DNA of 64,000 nucleotides from Eledone cirrhosa (taxonomy: Eukaryota). Below are positions 52,522-64,000 of this stretch, one piece after another. The translations under genes and the position numbers were made by a program. The DNA is taken from the NCBI GenBank assembly GCA_964016885.1, contig OZ024748.1, forward strand, positions 48,484,001 through 48,548,000. The letters are read 5' to 3'. Position 1 is the first letter of the stretch. Each line of letters opens with the position of its first letter. The notes beneath the pieces were generated by a model, which worked only from the letters and a program-made list of their open reading frames with translations, was not told the DNA's origin and made no database searches.

Positions 52522-55505
52522 TGTCCACATACCGTACATATATAATATATATTTCCCTTTAGATTCTGTCAGATATCAGTATTTCGATTATTCTCCCACC
52601 CCCGTTAATGTAACATCTGAGGATTAATTCCTATGTCTGTCTAAAACATGTTTAAAATAAACGGAATTATGATGTATTTGTTTACCTACTGCCAGCTAAA
52701 TGTTTTATTTTTTCCATCTTGTGAATAATATATTCCTATTACTACACTACACTACAGTACAGTGCGATGCGATGATTAATTTCCAGAAATTATTTTATTT
52801 CTAATAATTAAATAAAACGTGTATATGTGTGTATATATATGAGTGTATATATGTATATATATATGTATGTGTGCGCATATGTATGTGTGTGTGTCTTTCT
52901 CATCTACTGTGTTGTAATTCATATTTTAGCTAGAAGTCAATTGCGTTATTTCGGCTGTCCACTTGTTAGCAATCCCAACATGTCGGACATTTGATTATGG
53001 TGTTAATAATATTGCCACCATCATCATCAACAGTATGATTTCAGTATGTATGCGTGTATGTATTTTCCACTTCTGTTCGTCTTTTAACAGACGCTACTGT
53101 TGCTGCCGCAGGAGTTGTTGAATCAGATACTACTTAGCGGCAACACATCTCTCTCACTAGTTAATGTCGCACTTAAAAATACCGTCGGAACAGACACTAT
53201 TTCACTAAGAGCTAGGCTAAATTCCCCTTATATATATATATAATTTAATGTAGTGTGTATGTGTGCGCGCGAGTGATTATTCTTAGTCTTACCCAAGACT
53301 TGGGTTAGATCCAGCTGTGAACGGGACACTTTCTCGTTCCCACTCCCTACCCCTGTCTCACCTATTCCCGGACACGCTGCATGTATGTATGTATGTGTGT
53401 GTGTATGTATGTATGTATGTATGTATGTATCTCTCTCTATACGCACACACGTACATAATGGTGAGAGAGACTGGCTGTTTATACTAGTGATTGTGTGTTT
53501 AAACAATTGAGTTTAGTTATTCCGTAAATTAGGTCTTGTATCGCTTTTATGCTGGGCTCGTCACTGGTACACTCACACAAGCCGCTGTCATCCATCCTGT
53601 TTAGCTGTTTTCATTTAAAGAGGAAAGGAAAACAAATTAAAAAAAAAACGCTTTTCGATGTGTTGCAAAAAATCAGTGTATTAGCATATAAATCTGTGAT
53701 GTCACGTCAATAATAATTGACCGTAAATCTCTTATAATATAACCAGTCCATCGTATTTGTTTTTGTCGACACCGCCTCCTTTTATCTGTCTCTTTCGTGT
53801 TGTTTAATTCCAAGTCTGCTTCCGTCAGAAGCAGGCCTGTCATCAAAATTTTAATATCGTTCCATATGTGGCCATCCTGTGTCTTTTACCAGATACAGGA
53901 TTTATGTCCTAGAGCTAGATTATCTAACTAATGGATCTTTCAGTTTGTTTGAAATTAAAAAAAAATATGTATTGAGAAAAATGATGGCATACAGTTTAAG
54001 GAAGATTTTTGCTGCTATTTCTAGCAGGTTGATCTGCCAACCACTAGGGGGTTCCCTTTTTAGCTCCTCGATTTGTTATGAGTAAAGTCGTTACATATGT
54101 GGTCTTATCTTTTTCCAGACCTATATTTTAAAACTGTATTAGCTATCCAATATGTCCTCTCTCTCTTGTAATTTAAGGGAGACTTGCTGCTATTTCTAGC
54201 AAGTTGATCGGCCGGCCGGCCACGTAGAGGTTCCTTTTTTCTAATTTTTAGCTCTTCGACCTACGCCTTCGTTTATTTTTATTTTGCATATCTTTTTCTC
54301 ATAAGATTTCTATTCGTTCTCCGTAATATACTCCGCTAAAGCATTAATTAAAACCATCTACAGCTTGATATTGTTTCAATTAATAAACAGCATTTACTGC
54401 ATATGTATTCTTCCATACATGTAAACTAGCATTTTGTTTCTGCATATATATATATATATGCTTCCATACATTTAATACTGCATCTTACAGTTTTTAAAAT
54501 ATAAAACCCCGAATAACGGCTTGTTAAAAATATATTTATTATACTTTCTCTCTGCTACAGTCAAATATGTAACATTTTATTTAACTCTTTTACTGGTTTC
54601 AATCATTGTAGTTGCGGCCATACTGGGGCACTGCCATCAACGATTTAGTTGATTATATCGACCGAATAGTTGTTTTTGTTGTTTTTAATGTTTAATGTCT
54701 GGTACATATTTCATCGATATTTATATGGTTTATTTTCCCAATCGCTATGTTGCAGAACATGAACAACTTTGGTTGTTAAGAAGTAAAGACTTAAACACAA
54801 ACACGTACATACATGTATGCACACACACACACAACCCATGCAAACGTGGAAAATATACTTAAAATGGTAATAATTGTTTCTACTTTTGGCACAAGGCCAG
54901 CAATTACCCAGTACATTACTGGTACTTTATTTTATCGACCCCGTAAGGATGAAAGGCAAAGTTAACCTTAGAGGGATTTGAACTCAGATCATAAAGGGAC
55001 GTTGGTAATAATTGTTTCTACTTTAGGCACAAGGCCAGCAATAACCCAGTGCATTACTGGTACTTTATTTTATCGACCCCGTAAGGATGAAAGTCAACCT
55101 CGGCGGGATTTGAACTCAGATCATAAAGGGACGTAACTATGCTGGAAAGCATGGCGTCCGACCCTCTACCGATACTCCCAATGTACGTGTGTGTGTGTGT
55201 GTGTGCGCGCATGTGTGTATGTATATCTAAGTGTATATGTGTGTGTCTGTGACAGGCTTCTGCAGAGTTTCTGTCCACCTAATTTCATTCACAAGTCATT
55301 GGTCAACACTTTGTCCGAGGTGCCACACAGAGAGAAACAAACACTCAACGACGTGGTTTCGAAGCCAGCTTCTGTACCACACAGTCATGCACCTGTGGTT
55401 TTTTTTTTTTTTTCTTAAAGAATAACATTTTTTTTCATATTAATATTCCACTCAATTTTCATATTAAAAGTTTCAACAAATATTCTCAAAATATAATTAT
55501 CTAGA

Positions 55506-55890
55506 TTATAATAATCTTCTTCGTCCACTTATTCCAGAGAGAGTCCTCAAATACTCCCCCCAGCGAGTCCTGTTAGAAGCCACTATCTCCAACTGATCGG
55601 GTTGGACCCCCAAGCGATACCAGCCAAGCTCATGGATGTTATCCAACCATCTTGCTCGGGGTCTACACCTGGGTCTCCTACCTGTTGGTTTTTGCCCGTA
55701 AAATCTGTCCAGCGATTCTTTCCTGAGACTTTCTAACCACATGCCCATAGTATCGGAGCTGTGATCTCTCAATTTGGAGAAGTAGTGGCTCTACCTGGAG
55801 TGACTCCTTGATCTCCGAGCTACGCACTTTATAGAATAACGTTACCCCAAAGATCCTTCGAAGGAATTCCCATTTCGGCCGCTTGTCATT
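55506..55890 (-). mobile_element. 3' fragment of a second RTE-clade LINE family
   Basis: FLRRIFGVTL..KVRSSEIKESLQVEPLLLQIERSQLRYYGHVVR / PTGRRPRCRPRARWLD. Confidence 0.85.
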
Positions 55891-56223
55891 ACCCAAGATT
55901 CATGGCCATAGGTAAGGGTTGGCATGAAAACCGAATTGAAGACAACGAGTTTGGCTTTTATGACTATTTCTCTTTACCTGAATGCTGAAGCTGGCACATT
56001 ACTGCACCAGCATTTGCAATTCTTGCACTTATATATTTATATTTAGTTTTGCAATGTTTACGTTTAGGGCGGAAAGCCCTTTTTACATCTGGTTACAAAC
56101 TATTTTATTTGGACGGCTAGTATATTATGGGAGCCAGGAAAAACGATGATGATTATATATATATATATCAAATGTCTGACTGAATACCCACGTTCTTTCT
56201 CAAAAAATTACTTTCCATTCCTT

Positions 56224-56259
56224 CCTTAACGTTTCAGACACTAGACCTTCATCAGAAGA
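56224..56259 (-). ncRNA. Ultra-minimal type I hammerhead motif
   Basis: ucuu-CUGAUGA-aggucuagugucu-GAAACGUU-aagg. Palindromic AACGUU replaces stem III. Confidence 0.7.
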
Positions 56260-56619
56260 TAGAATGAGAAATAAAAGATTAAATAGAAAGAGAGTGAGTG
56301 AGAAGAGGAAGGAATGCAAATTTCCTACTATACTGAGTGTTAAACTAATATATTTCTTCATTGTACTGTATCGTTTGATTTGTTGTTTCTGTTTATTTTT
56401 TACATATATATCATCATCATCATTTAACATCCATTTTCCCACACTAGCATGGGTTTAAACAAGTTAGGTCAGGTGGCCATGTCTTGCTCATACAGAACTG
56501 TTTCTGGCTCAGTTTCTATGGCTGGATGCCTTTTCTAATGCCAACCACATTTACAGTGTGGACTGGGTGATTTTTGTTGTCTCTAATACAACCACTTTAC
56601 AATGTGGACTGGGTGCCTG

Positions 56620-56855
56620 TATGGTTACATAATCAGAAGAGACCTCACTATGATTACATTATCAGAAGAGATCCTCAGCATAATTACATAATCGGAAGAA
56701 CATAGGTATAAATTTCATAAGTGCCCCCATTACATAATTGGAAGAGACCCTCACTATTACAAAACCAGAAGAGACCCTCACTATTAGAAAACCAGAAGAG
56801 ACCCCCACTATTACATAATCAGAAGAGACCCCCACTATTACATAATCAGAAGAAA
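56620..56855. repeat. 27-bp minisatellite
   Basis: Units of attacataatcagaagagacc(c/t)cact, lying between two opposed RTE 3' fragments. Confidence 0.8.
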
Positions 56856-57276
56856 ACATATGTGGAGGTGGTGAGAGCTGACCTCGGGTCACTGAAGCTC
56901 ACAGAGATGAGGGATCATGATGAATGGGGAGATGTACTGAAGAGGAATCCGTCCCACCCTTGCAATCAGGGAAAAGAGGACGTAAAATGATGATATATAT
57001 ATATATATATATATATTTATTATCTGACATAATCTGTTATGAGCCTTTCGGGATGAAAGGCAAAGTTAACCTCGGCGGGATTAGAACTCAGAATGGCAAG
57101 GGCCGTAACTCAATGCATCAAAGCATGGTGTCCGACCCTCTACCGGTACTGCCAATCCACCGCCATTATATATACGCCGAGGTTGACTTTGCCTTTCATC
57201 CTTACGGGGTCGATAAAATAAAGTACCAGTAATGCACTGGGTAATTGCTGGCCTTGTGCCTAAAGTAGAAACAATT

Positions 57277-57612
57277 ATATATATAATGTATGTAATGTAT
57301 ATATATATATATATATATAATGTATATATATATAATGTATATATATATAATATATAATGTATATATATATATAATGTATATATATATATGTATATATATA
57401 TATAATGTATATATATATATAATGTATATATATATATATAATGTATATATATAATGTATATATATATAATGTATATATATATATATAATGTATATATATA
57501 ATGTATATATATATATATAATGTATATATATATAATGTATATATATATATATAATGTATATATATATAATGTATATATATATATATATATAATGTATATA
57601 TATATATATATA

Positions 57613-57643
<31 letters not shown>

Positions 57644-57774
57644 ATGTATATATATATATAATGTATATATATATATAATGTATATATATATATAATGTAT
57701 ATATATATATAATGTATATATATATATAATGTATATATATATATAATGTATATATATATATAACGTATATATAT

Positions 57775-57806
<32 letters not shown>

Positions 57807-57852
57807 ATGTATATATATATATAATGTATATATATATATAACGTATATATAT

Positions 57853-57884
<32 letters not shown>

Positions 57885-58060
57885 ACGTATATATATATAT
57901 ATATATATAATATATATAACGTATATATATATATATAATGTATATATATATATATATATAATGTATATATATATATATATATAATGTATATATATATATA
58001 TATATAATGTATATATATATATATATATATAATGTATATATATATATATATATATATATA

Positions 58061-58091
<31 letters not shown>

Positions 58092-58182
58092 ATGTATATA
58101 TATAATGTATATATATATATATAATGTATATATATATATATATATATATAATGTATATATATAATGTATATATATATATATA

Positions 58183-58213
<31 letters not shown>

Positions 58214-58264
58214 ATGTATATATATATATATATATAATGTGTATATATATATATATATATATAA

Positions 58265-58300
<36 letters not shown>

Positions 58301-58308
58301 CATTATAC

Positions 58309-58343
<35 letters not shown>

Positions 58344-58690
58344 CATTATATATATTATATATATATACATTATATATATTATATATATATATATTATATG
58401 TATATATATATATATTATATGTATATATATATATATTATATGTATATATATATACATTATATATATTATATATATATATATTATATATATATACATTATA
58501 TATATTATATATATATACATTATATATATTATATATATATACATTATATATATTATATATATACCTTATATATATTATATATATATATTATATATATATG
58601 TATATATATACATTATATATATGTATATATATATACATTATATATATATATATATATATACATTATATATATATATATATATATACATTA

Positions 58691-58724
<34 letters not shown>

Positions 58725-60631
58725 CATTATATATATACATTATATATATATATACATTATATATATATATATATATACATTATATATATATACATTATAT
58801 ATATATATACATTATATATATATATATATATATACATTATATATATATATATATATATATATACATTATATATATATATATATATATATACATTATATAT
58901 ATATATATACATTATATATATATATACATTATATATATATATATATATATACATTATATATATATATATATATATACATTATATATATATATATATATAT
59001 ACATTATATATATATATATATATATACATTATATATATATATATATATATACATTATATATATATATATAATATATACATTATATATATATAATATATAT
59101 ACATTATATATATATATATATATATATACATTATATATATATATATATATATATCATTATATATATATATATATATATACATTAATATATATATATATAT
59201 ATACATTATATATATATATATATATACATTATATATATATATATATATACATTATATATATATATATATATATATACATTATATATATATATATATATAT
59301 ATACATTATATATATATATATATATATACATTATATATATATATATACATTATATATATATATATATACATTATATATATATATATATATATACATTATA
59401 TATATATATATATATATATACATTATATATATATATATATATACATTATATATATATATATATATACATTATATATATATATATATACATTATATATATA
59501 TATATATATACATTATATATATATATATATAATAAATATACATTATATATATATATATATTACATTATATATATATATATATATATACATTATATATATA
59601 TATATATATACATTATATATATATATATATATATATACATTATATATATATATATATATACATTATATATATATATATATATATACATTATATATATGTA
59701 TATATATATACATTATATATATGTATATATATACATTATATATATGTATATATATACATTATATATATGTATATATATATACATTATATATATGTATATA
59801 ATATACATTATATATATGTATATATATATACATTATATATATGTATATATATACATTATATATATGTATATATATATACATTATATATATGTATATATAT
59901 ATACATTATATATATGTATATATATACATTATATATATGTATATATATACATTATATATGTATATATATACATTATATATATATATATATATATACATTA
60001 TATATATATACATTATATATATATATATATATATACATTATATATATATATATACATTATATATATATATATACATTATATATATATATATACATTATAT
60101 ATATGTATATATATACATTATATATATATATATATATACATTATATATATATATATACACACATTATATATATATATATACATTATATATATATGTATAT
60201 ATATATATATACACACATTATATATATATATATACATTATATATATATGTATATATATACATTATATATATATGTATATATATACATTATATATATATGT
60301 ATATATATACATTATATATATATATATACACACATTATATATATATATATATACACACATTATATATATATATATATATACACACATTATATATATATAT
60401 ATATACATTATATATATATATATATATAATTATATATATATATATACACACATTATATATATATATATACATTATATATATATATATATATATATACATT
60501 ATATATATATAATTATATATATATATAATTATATATATATAATTATATATATATATATACACATATATATATATACACATATATATATATATATATATAC
60601 ATTATATATATATATATGTATATAGTATATA

Positions 60632-60667
<36 letters not shown>

Positions 60668-61044
60668 CATTATATATATATATATGTATATATATGTATA
60701 TATATATATATGTATATATATATGTATATATATATATATGTATATATAATGTATATATATATATATATAATGTATATATGTATACATAATGTATATATAT
60801 ATATATATAATGTATATATATATATATATATATTATGTATATATAATGTATATATATATATAATGTGTATATATATATATATATATAATGTATATATGTA
60901 TATATAATGTTGTATATATATATATATAATGTATATATGTATATATAATGTATATATGTATATATAATGTATATATGTATATATAATGTATATATATATA
61001 TATAATGTGTATATATGTATATATAATGTATATATATATATATA

Positions 61045-61087
<43 letters not shown>

Positions 61088-61153
61088 GTATATATATATA
61101 TATATATATATAATGTATATATATGTAATGTATATATATATATATATATAATG

Positions 61154-61193
<40 letters not shown>

Positions 61194-62024
61194 ATGTATA
61201 TATATATATATATAATGTATATATATATATATATAATGTATATATATATATATATAATGTATATATATATATATATATATAATGTATATATATGTAATGT
61301 ATATATGTATATATAATGTATATATATATATATATATAATGTATATATATATATATAATGTATATATATATATATAATGTATATATATATATATAATGTA
61401 TATATATATATATAATGTATATATATATATAATGTATATATATATATATATAATGTATATATATATATATATAATGTATATATATATATATTATATATAT
61501 ATATAATGTATATATATGTAATGTATATATATATATATAATGTATATATATATATATATATAATGTATATATATATATATATAATGTATATATATATAAT
61601 GTATATATATATATATATAATGTATATATATATATATATAATGTATATATATATATATATAATGTATATATATATATATATAATGTATATATATATATAA
61701 TGTATATATATATATATATATAATGTATATATATATATAATGTATATATATATATATATATAATGTATGTATATATATATATAATGTATATATATATATA
61801 TATATAATGTATATATATATATATATAATGTATATATATATAATGTATATATATATATATAATGTATATATATATAATGTATATATATATATATATAATG
61901 TGTATATATATATATATAATGTGTATATATATATAATGTATATATATATATATATAATGTATATATATATATATATATAATGTATATATATATATATATA
62001 ATGTATATATATATATATATAATG

Positions 62025-62062
<38 letters not shown>

Positions 62063-62973
62063 TAATGTATATATATATATATATATAATGTATATATATA
62101 TATATATATATAATGTATATATATATATATATAATGTATATATATATATATAATGTATATATATATATATATAATGTATATATATATATATATAATGTAT
62201 ATATATATATATAATGTATATATATATATATATAATGTATATATATATATATAATGTATATATATATATATAATGTATATATATATATATAATGTATATA
62301 TATATATATATAATGTATATATATATATATAATGTATATATATATATATATATAATGTATATATATATATATATAATGTATATATATATATATATATATA
62401 ATGTATATATATATATATAATGTATATATATATATATATATAATGTATATATATTATATATAATGTATATATATATATATAATGTATATATATATATATA
62501 ATGTATATATATATATATATATAATGTATATATATATATATATATAATGTATATATATATATATAATGTATATATATATATAATGTATATATATATATAA
62601 TGTATATATATATATAATGTATATATATATATAATGTATATATATATATAATGTATATATATATAATGTATATATATATATAAGTATATATATATATAAT
62701 GTATATATATATATATATATAATGTATATATATATATATAATATATATATATATATAATGTATATATATATATAATGTATATATATATAATATATATATA
62801 TATATAATGTATATATATATATAATGTGTATATATATATATAATGTATATATATATATAATATATATATATATATAATGTATATATATATATAATATATA
62901 TATATAATATATAATGTATATATATATATAATGTATATATATATATATATATAATGTATATATATATATAATG

Positions 62974-63010
<37 letters not shown>

Positions 63011-63455
63011 GTATATATATATATATAATGTATATATATATAATTTATATATAATGTATATATATATATATAATGTATATATATATTTATATATAATGTA
63101 TATATATATAATGTATATATATATAATGTATATATATATATATTTATATATAATGTATATATATATAATGTATATATATATAATTATATATATATATATT
63201 TATATATAATGTATATATATATAATGTATATATATATATATTTTATATATAATGTATATATATATATATAATGTATATATATATATATGTATATATAATG
63301 TATATTTATATATAATGTATATATATATAATGTATATATATATAATGTATATATATATATATTTATATATAATGTATATATATATAATGTATATATATAT
63401 ATATGTATTAATAATGTATATATATATATAATGTATATATATATATATATATATA

Positions 63456-63490
<35 letters not shown>

Positions 63491-63642
63491 GTATATATAT
63501 ATATATAATGTATATGTATGTATATATATATATATATAATGTATATATATATATATAATGTATATGTATGTATATATATATATATTAATGTTGTATATAT
63601 ATATATATTATATATATATAATGTATATATATATATATAATG

Positions 63643-63682
<40 letters not shown>

Positions 63683-63769
63683 GTATATGTATATATATAT
63701 ATAATGTATATGTATATATATATATAATGTATATATATATATATATATATATACATTATATATATATAC

Positions 63770-63823
<54 letters not shown>

Positions 63824-64000
63824 TATATATATATATGTACATTATATATATATACATTATATATATATATATATATACATTGTATATATATATATATATA
63901 TACATTATATATATATACATTATATATATATATATATATACATTGTATATATATATATATATACATTATATATATATACATTATATATATATATACATTG
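57277..64000. repeat. (TA)n-ATG / CAT-(TA)n compound satellite, at least 6.7 kb
   Basis: Variable (TA)n runs punctuated by aatg or catt. It begins at a SINE 3' end and runs off the window. Confidence 0.95.

Noticed and set aside
57081-63823. Long Tyr/Ile ORFs
   Set aside because: They are translations of the (TA)n satellite.

Overview
AT-rich, repeat-dominated animal DNA with no convincing host protein-coding gene. The SINE, RTE and (TA)n content suggests an octopus/coleoid cephalopod, but that is inference. Contents: many 5'-truncated RTE-clade LINE copies (one with an uninterrupted 557-aa RT ORF carrying a PHD-type finger), more than 20 copies of a young tRNA-derived SINE, CRE-like restriction-endonuclease LINE fragments, an internally deleted Hsmar2-like mariner, TTAA-flanked piggyBac-type MITEs, several minisatellites, and a ~6.7 kb (TA)n-derived satellite with polarity switches. 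The most notable signal is missed by the ORF track: a dense set of type I hammerhead ribozyme (HHR) motifs. I found 10 with a canonical CUGANGA/GAAA/NUH core, 3 sharing a U4A variant, and several degenerate or half motifs. They sit in short Penelope-like element (PLE) termini, often as fold-back palindromes whose inversion points fall in or next to the ribozyme. Degenerate PLE RT and GIY-YIG coding fragments are also present. Most long ORFs in the track are low-complexity artefacts. All coordinates and foldings were read by eye.
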